From the sequence record NC_061451.1: 64,000 bases of DNA; one strand, given 5' to 3'. Shown piece after piece: positions 53,192 through 61,689 of the stretch. Below the pieces are notes generated by a model. The model did no database searches. It saw only the letters and a program-made list of their open reading frames with translations, and was not told the DNA's origin. Made by a program: the position numbers and the translations under genes. Within the stretch, counting starts at the first letter, position 1, and the number at the start of each line of letters is the position of its first letter.

Positions 53192-54583
53192 ATGATTTTC
53201 GATCTGCGCAAAAGTTTGGCCATGGTTCGTACCGTAATCGATGACCAAGTAATCTATAACTTCTACAACATGATTGGCCGCGATATGCAACTGCCCGGTA
53301 CTACTCTCAAAGAGATTATCGACGTGCAGCGTAAGGGCGAACTGTGCACCAACATCATGTGGGGTACTCAGAAGATGGAGTATCGCACACTCAGATTCGA
53401 TGAGCGTGGTGATCTTCTCTTAGACGTGACCGTTGGTCCGCATTGCTACGCACGGCTCTCTTACGATCAGATTGAACACTATGGGCGCAAAGAGTTTAAG
53501 GCTATTAACTGCATCGAGATCGATAGCTACCTCGCCCGTGACATTAGAGCGCATCTTCGCGCAGTGGGCCAAACTGAGCCTAAGCTCGAATGGTATGACA
53601 ACGTGTCGGATGATGAACTGAAGGACGCTCTACTTTCAGTTGGTCACATGGGACCTCTGGCTTATGAAGGTAAATCTCGTAACCAGTTAGAGGACATGTT
53701 TGAGAAATTCCAGCGTAAGCACGATGCAGAATACAAGTACACGCACGCGCATATTGGCTTAGACCCAGACGAAAAGCTGCCTGCTGATTTGTATGAAGAT
53801 GAGGCACGCTCAATCACTCGTCGTTCTTTTGCTCCTCAGAAGACTGTCGATATGATGATCACTGAGATCTCAAACGTGATGCGCATGTTCGATATCTGGG
53901 ATTCAGCGCCGACATCCGAGACGCATGAGTGGTCAATGCAGGAGGCGTACATGGCCTTCTATAACAGCTTAGTGATTGATAGCGATGGCAGCCGTCTGCG
54001 TGAACTGAAAGATAATCCACAGTTCGCTATCAACTTCATCTACGGCATGGCGGCAGACCTGAATTGGATTCACATCAACGAGATGACCGAAGACTATCGT
54101 GGCTCGGTTGTGAATCGCATCCTGCAGGAGATTGCTGTTGAGATCAGCACCTCTGATGATTACTGCACGACGGAGCACGGCATCGCTCTTATTAAGAAAG
54201 AAGAAGAGACAGAAGAAGAGGAGGAGGATGCTTCTGAGCCCGTCTCCATCGAAAAGAAAAAGAAGAAAGGCTTCCCGGATATTCGCTCAGTAGAAGAGGT
54301 GAACTATGACGCACTGCATATCATCGAGATTACATACAAACTGCCCAAGCAGCCTAAGCTGCGCACTAAGCTAGACGTACTGCAATCTCGTGAGTGCTAT
54401 CTTGAGCACTTCTTCGGTTGTTTGAAAGAAAATGATTGGCATAGATTAGACAATATCACTAATCTTGACCTGCGCCGTATTGTTGGTGCTGTTACTAAAT
54501 CTAATGGTGGTAGATTCAGCCACAACGCCCTGTTAAACATAATTAAACGTGCAGCTAAGAAACTGGCTGCCACTGAGTTCTAA
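53192..54583 (+). CDS. acidic protein with HeH-like motif
   Basis: VSDDELKDALLSVG...KSRNQLEDMF; AGGAG RBS. Confidence 0.75.
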   Translation: MIFDLRKSLAMVRTVIDDQVIYNFYNMIGRDMQLPGTTLKEIIDVQRKGELCTNIMWGTQKMEYRTLRFDERGDLLLDVTVGPHCYARLSYDQIEHYGRKEFKAINCIEIDSYLARDIRAHLRAVGQTEPKLEWYDNVSDDELKDALLSVGHMGPLAYEGKSRNQLEDMFEKFQRKHDAEYKYTHAHIGLDPDEKLPADLYEDEARSITRRSFAPQKTVDMMITEISNVMRMFDIWDSAPTSETHEWSMQEAYMAFYNSLVIDSDGSRLRELKDNPQFAINFIYGMAADLNWIHINEMTEDYRGSVVNRILQEIAVEISTSDDYCTTEHGIALIKKEEETEEEEEDASEPVSIEKKKKKGFPDIRSVEEVNYDALHIIEITYKLPKQPKLRTKLDVLQSRECYLEHFFGCLKENDWHRLDNITNLDLRRIVGAVTKSNGGRFSHNALLNIIKRAAKKLAATEF

Positions 54584-54616
54584 CCGCTATTATACCTAAC
54601 ATTGTAGGGAACCAAA

Positions 54617-55039
54617 ATGAATTTCAATCCAAACATCATTGTTGTTGATCGTGTTGTTGTCATGGCCACCAAAGAGACCACAGACAAGTGGGCTGTTGCT
54701 GCAAAGCAAGATCGTGACAACGCACAGTTCGGTATGGCTTTATTGCACGCGGAGCTTCAACGCAAAATCAGTAGCACGCTGCGTAACGCCAACCCTGAAT
54801 CGATGTTCCGTCCAGAGATATTCTGGGCGGACTACGGCCCGCTCTCCGTTAGCGGCTTCATGTATATTGAGAGCAGTGCGGACGAAGAAGTGTTGAATCA
54901 GGCAGATGACCGCGATTACCTGTGCCATCTTGAAGCGATCAAAAACATCGCCGCATCTATGGGACACACCGTTGTTATTCAGCGTGTGAAAGCCCAGTTC
55001 CCTATTGTTGATACTCGCGTACCTGTTGCTTATGCCTAA
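54617..55039 (+). CDS. hypothetical protein
   Basis: Co-oriented ORF. Confidence 0.7.
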   Translation: MNFNPNIIVVDRVVVMATKETTDKWAVAAKQDRDNAQFGMALLHAELQRKISSTLRNANPESMFRPEIFWADYGPLSVSGFMYIESSADEEVLNQADDRDYLCHLEAIKNIAASMGHTVVIQRVKAQFPIVDTRVPVAYA

Positions 55040-55049
55040 GAGGTGACCT

Positions 55050-55346
55050 ATGTCTGAACAAACTCAATTGCCTGGCCAAGTCGTTATCGTTTGTGTTATG
55101 CAGGAATCTGATTCTTTCATGGGTCAGAAGTTTGATGGCTATGTGTACTTGCTTAATCCAGAACACAAAGAGATGTTTGAACGTCACCTGCAGGCGCACA
55201 AAAGTCGTGAGAACTATTCACACATTATCAGCCACGCTAATCACTATATAACTAGCACGGGCTTCGATGCGCTTCATGCTGCTATACGCAAAGATGCAAA
55301 CAGACCCTGGCTGTGGTCAGATACTGATTACACGATAACTGCATAA
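55050..55346 (+). CDS. hypothetical protein
   Basis: GAGGT RBS. Confidence 0.7.
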   Translation: MSEQTQLPGQVVIVCVMQESDSFMGQKFDGYVYLLNPEHKEMFERHLQAHKSRENYSHIISHANHYITSTGFDALHAAIRKDANRPWLWSDTDYTITA

Positions 55347-55393
55347 ATCTGGACAAAATAGAGGTAGCTAGAAAAAGCTGCCCCTGATATACT
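55341..55393 (+). promoter_or_regulatory. early promoter, family member 8
   Basis: GCATAAATCTGGACAAAAT-N28-TATACT with extended TG. Confidence 0.85.
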
Positions 55394-55446
55394 AAAAGCG
55401 TAGCTTGTGCTGCGCTTTTTTACTTTCTGTCTGAGGAGACAACAAA

Positions 55447-55902
55447 ATGAAACCAATCAAAGCAACTGAGGCTGATAAAGCGCTTCAAAACGAATGTATG
55501 GACGCTGTTGCTCAGTGTATTATCCTGAACACACCCGACTGGCGCGATGTAGCGATTGCAGGTTTGCGCCTGTATCTGGTTGCAGCAAAGATGAGCGGCG
55601 CGGAAATCCCGTGTATGCAATTCGAACATAACGGCAAGCCGTGCCGTTTGTCGTTCAAGATGAACCTTGTTGATGAAGGCGAAGAGTTCACTCCGAACGA
55701 AGTGAACCAAGCGCACCAGCAAGAAATGATCGAATGCATTCTTGCTAAGACCGAAGCGCTCGGCGGTTACAGTTACTTTGATTTGTTCGTTTGCTCAGGC
55801 CGCCTATTTATGATTGGCTTCGACGGTATGGCCGACACCGTTCCTGCTCTGATGTTCCGCTCAGACAAAAAGAACTACCGCGTTAACTTGATCAACGGAT
55901 AA
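55447..55902 (+). CDS. hypothetical protein
   Basis: GAGGAG RBS. Confidence 0.75.
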   Translation: MKPIKATEADKALQNECMDAVAQCIILNTPDWRDVAIAGLRLYLVAAKMSGAEIPCMQFEHNGKPCRLSFKMNLVDEGEEFTPNEVNQAHQQEMIECILAKTEALGGYSYFDLFVCSGRLFMIGFDGMADTVPALMFRSDKKNYRVNLING

Positions 55903-55905
55903 GCT

Positions 55906-56088
55906 GTGAAGACCACCAACGACCTGATTAAAGAATTAAAGCAACATCGTGTTATCATCATTGAAGAACACGACAAGCATATTCTGCCTGACCTGACATT
56001 CGCCCTGAGTTGCTTATGCATCGATCATACTAAGCGTGTGGTCGAAACAAAGCGTAGTGCTCAGGCAACCAAAATCAAACTCGCATGA
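55906..56088 (+). CDS. hypothetical protein
   Basis: GTG start; fills the gap. Confidence 0.5.
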   Translation: MKTTNDLIKELKQHRVIIIEEHDKHILPDLTFALSCLCIDHTKRVVETKRSAQATKIKLA

Positions 56089-56095
56089 GGTTACT

Positions 56096-56533
56096 ATGAA
56101 ATTTGATCAAGCACCAACGAAAGCACAACTCGTGCTGCTGGCCCTCGCTCTCGAATCCGTTCTCCTCTCTATGGAGAAAACGTTTATCAACCGTAATCTG
56201 CTGGAGCAGTTACTTGCGAAGTACGGCATCTCGTTTAACGATCTGAAAGAGTTGCGAGAGTACGGCGAAAAGCATTCCGCCATCGGTACCAGCGTTGCTC
56301 AAGTTATGGAGATAGCTGCCTTGCATGTGGCTCATCTGAAAACAGAACCTGTGCCTGAATACAGTCAAGACGACCTTGATCTAATTCGCGTAGAATACGA
56401 GCCAATCGATACGTCTGTCCTACGCCAGGGCGCTGTGAATGATGGGGTTATCACAGTGCAGCAAGCAGCCACTTTTGAGCGCGATCAGATACTGACTGCT
56501 ATTCTTGAGTACCGACTGCGCTCAGAAGCATAA
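56096..56533 (+). CDS. hypothetical protein
   Basis: GAGG RBS. Confidence 0.7.
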   Translation: MKFDQAPTKAQLVLLALALESVLLSMEKTFINRNLLEQLLAKYGISFNDLKELREYGEKHSAIGTSVAQVMEIAALHVAHLKTEPVPEYSQDDLDLIRVEYEPIDTSVLRQGAVNDGVITVQQAATFERDQILTAILEYRLRSEA

Positions 56534-56580
56534 ATCTGGACAAAATCGTGGTTGTAGCAAAAACCGTCCTATGTTATAAT
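56528..56580 (+). promoter_or_regulatory. early promoter, family member 9
   Basis: GCATAAATCTGGACAAAAT-N5-TTGTAG-N17-TATAAT with extended TG. Confidence 0.9.
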
Positions 56581-56586
56581 AGAGAT

Positions 56587-56789
56587 GTAGCGTAGACGTG
56601 AGGTATGCGCTATAAATTGAATGACGCGTTTTTGCTTGACTGTAAGGTAGCGGTATCTTACAGTCCTTTTTCAAGTGGCTTCGAAGTTTGAGGCTTCTTG
56701 CGAAAGGTCAAATGTACCTTTGAGCGTTTTCGGATTTACGCGGTTTTCACCGACTGCGCTCTCACTTTAAACCGCAAAGGAAATACATC
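56587..56789 (+). ncRNA. candidate structured leader/small RNA 1
   Basis: About 200 nt non-coding with several hairpins, including GACTGTAAG/CTTACAGTC followed by CTTTTT. Confidence 0.5.
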
Positions 56790-57611
56790 ATGCCAGAAGC
56801 ACGCAAACCTCGCCCAGCTGATCGTTTCGCTAAAGCCCGTGCAGAGAAAAACTCACCGGAGCGTCAAGATGCGGCAGCCCAGCGCACGTATAAAGACACT
56901 CCGCCTAAATCTGTTCAGGTGAAACTTGATGCTGTGGCAGCTTCTAAGAAGAAAGTTTCTCGCGGCCCCAAGGCCTCTCGTCCACGTCAGTCGCCTGCTG
57001 TTGACGCAGCACCAAAGCCTCGCATTCGTGATGAGGAACGTGTGTACAATCTCGTACACATGATTCTCTCTGCGTGGAAAGCCGATGCAGAAAACGCGGC
57101 AGCAAGTGTGGGAATCATTAAAGTGTCTCGTCGTAAGATTGAGGGTGCGTTACGCGATCTCAAGAATACGCGCTTCACTAAAATCCCAGGCTTAATCAAT
57201 GACGTGCTTGTCTACAATGAACTGGTAGCTGAGTTCGGACAGTGGGTGTACGTCGAGCACGACAGTCCTGATTGGATTTTTGTGCGCCTGCCTGAAAACA
57301 GCACGCCTGTGATTCGCGCTGACATTAGCTATGCCAAGACGGGTGAAACTTCCACGTCTGTTTCGACTTCTAGTGAAGTTCTGCTGAAAGATCTTAGCGA
57401 AGACGAAGAAGATGAGATCCCCGAGAATGTCGAGTACGACGATGCGGACGAGACTGACGAAGACGAAGAGGAGCCGTATGACTACAGCGCTTGGTCTCTG
57501 CGTGACCTGCAGGAGTATGCGAAGCGCTATGACTTCTTGCAGCCCGACACTGAGGGGTTTGATGATCGCGAGAAGTTGATAGCAGCCATCGAGCTGGGGG
57601 AACAGCACTAA
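56790..57611 (+). CDS. basic-then-acidic protein with C-terminal HeH-like motif
   Basis: K/R/A-rich N-terminus; D/E linker; SLRDLQEYAKRYDF...DREKLIAAI. Confidence 0.75.
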   Translation: MPEARKPRPADRFAKARAEKNSPERQDAAAQRTYKDTPPKSVQVKLDAVAASKKKVSRGPKASRPRQSPAVDAAPKPRIRDEERVYNLVHMILSAWKADAENAAASVGIIKVSRRKIEGALRDLKNTRFTKIPGLINDVLVYNELVAEFGQWVYVEHDSPDWIFVRLPENSTPVIRADISYAKTGETSTSVSTSSEVLLKDLSEDEEDEIPENVEYDDADETDEDEEEPYDYSAWSLRDLQEYAKRYDFLQPDTEGFDDREKLIAAIELGEQH

Positions 57612-57665
57612 GCACAAATATGGACAAAATAGTGGTAGCATCTAAAGCATGACCTGTGCTACACT
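57612..57665 (+). promoter_or_regulatory. early promoter, family member 10 (no ORF follows)
   Basis: GCACAAATATGGACAAAAT-N29-TACACT with extended TG. Confidence 0.8.
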
Positions 57666-57671
57666 ATAGAT

Positions 57672-57780
57672 CGAATGCCTTGTAGTTTTTTGACTGTGAG
57701 TTACTTTCCGGCTCACAGTCCTTTTTAAAGTGCTCTCCCAAGAACGCTTTAAAAAGCACAGACTGCCTGCGCTTTTGATA
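57672..57780 (+). ncRNA. candidate small RNA 2 between two promoters
   Basis: GACTGTGAG/CTCACAGTC hairpin and CTTTTTAAAGTG/CGCTTTAAAAAG hairpin; no credible ORF. Confidence 0.55.
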
Positions 57781-57784
57781 GACA

Positions 57785-57837
57785 GCATAAATCTGGACAA
57801 AATCATGGTTGTATCAGAATGCTGCCTGTCATACACT
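57785..57837 (+). promoter_or_regulatory. early promoter, family member 11
   Basis: GCATAAATCTGGACAAAAT-N5-TTGTAT-N17-TACACT. Confidence 0.8.
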
Positions 57838-57898
57838 TTAATGAGTCGAGCAATAGTGCTCGCAACAAACTAAATCCCAATACTGAGGAGTATTACAC

Positions 57899-59488
57899 AT
57901 GGCACGTTTCGAAACTAACACTAACCTGGTTGGCAAAACTATCGTCCTGCTGAACGGCACCAAAGCGAAGATTGAAGACGCTATCGTTTCTGGCTACAAA
58001 GTGAAAGGCCAGACCAAGCGCATCGCAACCCGTGACGTTATCAAAGAGGGTGCGCACTTTAAAGAAATCGAGCGCACGCCGCTGAGCCAGCTGGAAGATA
58101 CTGGTGAAGGTTATGTGAAGTTGAAAGAAGCCAAAGCTGCTTCTAAGAAAGCGCCTGCGAAAGACGCTAAAGCTACTGGCAAAAAAGCTGCGGCAAAAGA
58201 CAAGCCTGCTAAGACCAGCAAAAAAGCTGCCGCTAAAGATAAGCCAGCGAAAGAGCAAGAGCCGAAAGTTCGCCGTAAGTCTGCGAAAGAGCAGGGCAAC
58301 GATTATCAGGAACTCGCGCAGGCTATCATCAAAGGCGGTCGCCGTGCAGCGCCAGTTGAAATTGACAGCGTAGACGAAGCGCTGACCGATGCAATCGCTA
58401 AGCGTCTGACCGCTGTTGTCGAATCGTCTGAGATTGCGAAACTCGCCGCTGATAACAAAACGCCGATCGCTAACGCACTGACCGTAACTTACGGTGCTGA
58501 GTTTGCGACTGATGCAAACGTTGTGCAGATTACGCTGAACCTGCAATACGCTAAGCCGACTGCTGTTGAGTCTGCCGCTCCTACTCTGGAGAATGCCGAA
58601 GCAATCGCAATGCGTGCTGCTAAAATGGCCGCGCCGAAAGTGAGCGCTAAACTCAAGAAGGCAGTGCGTGAAGCATTCGATATTGAAACAGACCTTGAGC
58701 TGGGTACTGTGATTATGTCAGGCGATGATCAATTCGCTTACTACGGCGAAAGCGCGAAGCACGCTGGCAAAGCGCTGCTGTATGTTGTCGAAACTGACAA
58801 GTTCAAATCTGTCTTGGCCTCTACTCTGACCGACTACGAACTGCCTGCTGATGAAGAAGCTGAGGCAGAAGAAGAGGAGGAAGAAGAAGAGGAGGAAGAA
58901 GAACCCGCTGATGACTTCGACGACGAAGAGGAAGAAGATGCGGACGATGCAGATGATGCCGACGATGCTGATGGCGACGACGACGAATTCCAGTACGTTG
59001 CTGTAGGCGATGAACACTTTGCTCTGGTCAACAAAAAGATCACAGCCAAGTATCACGATGCACTGGCTGAGCAATTCGGCGTTAGCACCGAAGCGCTGGT
59101 CCCAGGCTTAGTGTTGACCAACGGCGAGATCACTTTCGCTTATCTGGGCAACGATAGCAAAGGCGGCCTGCTCGTTATCGACCTCGACGACGATGCGGAC
59201 GAAGACGACAACGTTCTGGTCTACCCGAAAGCCGACGTTAAATCTCTGACCGACTTCTCTCCTGTGCTGGGTGATGCAGATGAAGAAGACGCAGACGATG
59301 CAGAAGAGACCGACGAAGAAGACGAAGATCAGGACGACGACTTCGAATTTGACGATGCGCCGACTGCCGACCTCGAAGATCTGTCCGACGATGAGCTGCG
59401 TGACCGCGCTGTTGAGATGGGCCTGACCACTGTACGCAAAGCTGACAAAATGAACGCCAAGCAACTGCGTGCGCTGCTGTCTGAATAA
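57899..59488 (+). CDS. large multi-domain acidic protein (histone-like K/A linker, repeated domain, C-terminal HeH)
   Basis: AKKAPAKDAKA tract; D/E tracts; DLSDDELRDRAVEMGL...MNAKQLRALL; GAGGAG RBS. Confidence 0.8.
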   Translation: MARFETNTNLVGKTIVLLNGTKAKIEDAIVSGYKVKGQTKRIATRDVIKEGAHFKEIERTPLSQLEDTGEGYVKLKEAKAASKKAPAKDAKATGKKAAAKDKPAKTSKKAAAKDKPAKEQEPKVRRKSAKEQGNDYQELAQAIIKGGRRAAPVEIDSVDEALTDAIAKRLTAVVESSEIAKLAADNKTPIANALTVTYGAEFATDANVVQITLNLQYAKPTAVESAAPTLENAEAIAMRAAKMAAPKVSAKLKKAVREAFDIETDLELGTVIMSGDDQFAYYGESAKHAGKALLYVVETDKFKSVLASTLTDYELPADEEAEAEEEEEEEEEEEEPADDFDDEEEEDADDADDADDADGDDDEFQYVAVGDEHFALVNKKITAKYHDALAEQFGVSTEALVPGLVLTNGEITFAYLGNDSKGGLLVIDLDDDADEDDNVLVYPKADVKSLTDFSPVLGDADEEDADDAEETDEEDEDQDDDFEFDDAPTADLEDLSDDELRDRAVEMGLTTVRKADKMNAKQLRALLSE

Positions 59489-59510
59489 GTAACCTGTAGT
59501 TCTGAATACA

Positions 59511-59530
59511 TGCGGCTCGAAAGGGCCGCA
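59511..59530 (+). terminator. GAAA-loop hairpin
   Basis: TGCGGCTC-GAAA-GGGCCGCA; no U tract. Confidence 0.5.
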
Positions 59531-59563
59531 CACTGACAACAAAGTTGATTGAGGAATCACATT

Positions 59564-60850
59564 ATGTCAAACGCAAACAAAATTCTGCTTAACGCTCGTG
59601 TACGCCGCTTAGACGGTACTGTTACTTACATCAACAAAGTGAATGCTAACGGTTATAGCACCGATGCGAAAGGCCCGCAGATTCCTGTCAAGCGCATTGT
59701 GTTTGCAGGCAAGATGCTGAAAGAGATTGAACAGCCCTTTGAGAAAGGCGAGCACGTCATTGTGCAGGGCGTTGCAGTGAAGCTGAACAAGCGCCAGCAA
59801 CGTGAGCTTGCTGATGGCACTCTCGATGAGAAAGCGCTGCGTCCTGAGTTCGGTAAGCTGGCAGTGATTGACCCTGATACAGGCAAAGCAACTGACGGCA
59901 AGAAAGTGAAGCCAACCAAGTCTGATGCTAAAGCCCCGAAAGCTGGCGCGAAAGCAAGTCTGAAAGCAACGCGTGAGCACAACAAAGAGCCGAAGCGCAG
60001 TCGCAAACAGCACAAAGCTGAAACGAACGATCTCAAAGACAGTCTGGACATTATCGACGAACGCAAATCACCGAAAGCGTCTCTGATTGAACGTCTGGAT
60101 GCAGCAATCGCCGAAGCGAAAACGAAAGCACGCCGTAAGCTGTTAGCCGAAACGTTCGACATGGACTGGGCTGATATTAAAAAGCATGGCGGTGCAGGTA
60201 TCGTTAAGCAGCACGGCCGCAAGAACGCCCAGAAGTTTATTGATCGTCAGACAGTGCAGGTCGATAGCACAACGTTCATCAAACAAATGCCAGCGCCGCT
60301 CAAGCGTCTTATTCAGGACACTGAGTTGCGTCTCAATCAAAAGCAGATTGAGCAAGTGCTTGGTGCGCTGGGGCTTGATACGCAATTCTACGCAGTCGCC
60401 GTGCAGGAGCTGCTGGGCAAACTCAAACTGTCCATAGGCGGTCGCGTGATCGAAGGCGAAGTTGTTCGAAAGGAGAACACGCCGAAGCCAAAAAGGTTCG
60501 TACACGCTGAGGCGCTATATGCAGACAAGAAAGAAGCGAAACGCCGCGTAAGCAAAATGAAATATGCGCTGCTGATTCCGCCTACGAAAGGTCTGCCTGC
60601 GTTACGCATCCATCAGGCAGAGGCAAAGCAGTCACTCGCCGTTCTGCTGCACCTGAAGCCTGGGAACATCAAGCGTGGTCTGCTTGCGTATGACAACAAA
60701 GGCCGTGAGTATATGTATGTCGCTTGCGATATGACGGGCCCTGTGTTCATCGATAAAGATAGCAACGAACTGGCGTTCACGTATGCCAATCTGATCGATA
60801 ACTTCAAACTCAAAGCGCAGCCTGTGTCTGAACTGGACGTGGCCGTATGA
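59564..60850 (+). CDS. basic protein, partial paralog of 57899..59488
   Basis: N-terminal L.G....I....GY...KEIE similarity; GAGGA RBS. Confidence 0.75.
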   Translation: MSNANKILLNARVRRLDGTVTYINKVNANGYSTDAKGPQIPVKRIVFAGKMLKEIEQPFEKGEHVIVQGVAVKLNKRQQRELADGTLDEKALRPEFGKLAVIDPDTGKATDGKKVKPTKSDAKAPKAGAKASLKATREHNKEPKRSRKQHKAETNDLKDSLDIIDERKSPKASLIERLDAAIAEAKTKARRKLLAETFDMDWADIKKHGGAGIVKQHGRKNAQKFIDRQTVQVDSTTFIKQMPAPLKRLIQDTELRLNQKQIEQVLGALGLDTQFYAVAVQELLGKLKLSIGGRVIEGEVVRKENTPKPKRFVHAEALYADKKEAKRRVSKMKYALLIPPTKGLPALRIHQAEAKQSLAVLLHLKPGNIKRGLLAYDNKGREYMYVACDMTGPVFIDKDSNELAFTYANLIDNFKLKAQPVSELDVAV

Positions 60851-61233
60851 GAACTGAAATCATCGTAGCGGGAGTTCTCTCTCAACTTTACACGCGGCTG
60901 ATTACGGCCGCTATAATGAAAGCGCATGTGTATTACTCAGACCTTGCGCCGGTGGTATTCGGTGTGCAGCTTACCAAAGTCGGTAAGTCGCAGTATCAAG
61001 CGCTGTGGGATTTAGTAGCGCTGACGATGCAGATGGACCACGCACACGGCCGACCGCCTGTTGCTGCTCTGTATGTGTCTCGCGCTAATGCATCAAAACG
61101 ACCGCCGCAAGCATTCTTCGCTGAATACGAGCGGCTAACTGGTAAGCGACTCAATGACGACGACTGGGAAGAGTTAGTCGATGAAGTATGGGCAGCTTAC
61201 TCTCCACCAGAAATCTGTCAGGAGCCGACATGA
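60847..61233 (+). CDS. hypothetical protein, possible winged-helix domain
   Basis: YSDLA...GRPPVAALYVS...FF...W...V..VW pattern. Confidence 0.6.
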   Translation: MRTEIIVAGVLSQLYTRLITAAIMKAHVYYSDLAPVVFGVQLTKVGKSQYQALWDLVALTMQMDHAHGRPPVAALYVSRANASKRPPQAFFAEYERLTGKRLNDDDWEELVDEVWAAYSPPEICQEPT

Positions 61234-61688
61234 AGAAGTTGAAAGCCGTAAAGGTTAAAATTAGCCGCGGTGGTTATAAGCCTTCTTCTAAGGAAGAGGC
61301 AAAGAAGCTGGTGGCAGAGTTTCTGCTCGGCACCATCGGCATTAGCCCAACGCAAGTCAGTCAACAACTGCTGTTGAATATCACGAACTACAACTATTTG
61401 ACCTCTGTTGCGTATTCTGGACGTTCTACAGATTACAGCCAGGCGGCAGCGCACAAAACTGTAAAAGAACTAAATGAATTTTGTCGAAAGCATAAAATTC
61501 AACTGGGCTTGCTAATTATGCCCCACACGTCGGCGTCTGAATATGATGGTGACGTAATTGTTGCAATCCCGTGGGAGCATGTTAAGAACAATCCGCAAAT
61601 CCAGTCTGCCGTTAATTCTCTGTTTGAATCGGTTGAAGCAGACGGCTACCCACAGTATGTGACTGATGCTAAAACAGTAGAGGGATAA
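61230..61688 (+). CDS. hypothetical protein
   Basis: AGGAG RBS; ATGA coupling. Confidence 0.7.
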   Translation: MKKLKAVKVKISRGGYKPSSKEEAKKLVAEFLLGTIGISPTQVSQQLLLNITNYNYLTSVAYSGRSTDYSQAAAHKTVKELNEFCRKHKIQLGLLIMPHTSASEYDGDVIVAIPWEHVKNNPQIQSAVNSLFESVEADGYPQYVTDAKTVEG

Positions 61689-61689
61689 G

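Noticed and set aside
56698-56922. 74-aa ORF in the structured leader (and minus ORF 57642..57836)
   Set aside because: No RBS; they overlap a well-supported gene or promoters in another frame.
57692-57720. TGTGA...TCACA read as a CRP site
   Set aside because: The half-sites are 13 bp apart rather than 6, and the sister element has TGTAA/TTACA.
57893-60609. Several long minus-strand ORFs (57893..58546, 59609..60013, 59653..60222)
   Set aside because: Shadows of strongly supported plus-strand genes; no motifs or RBS.
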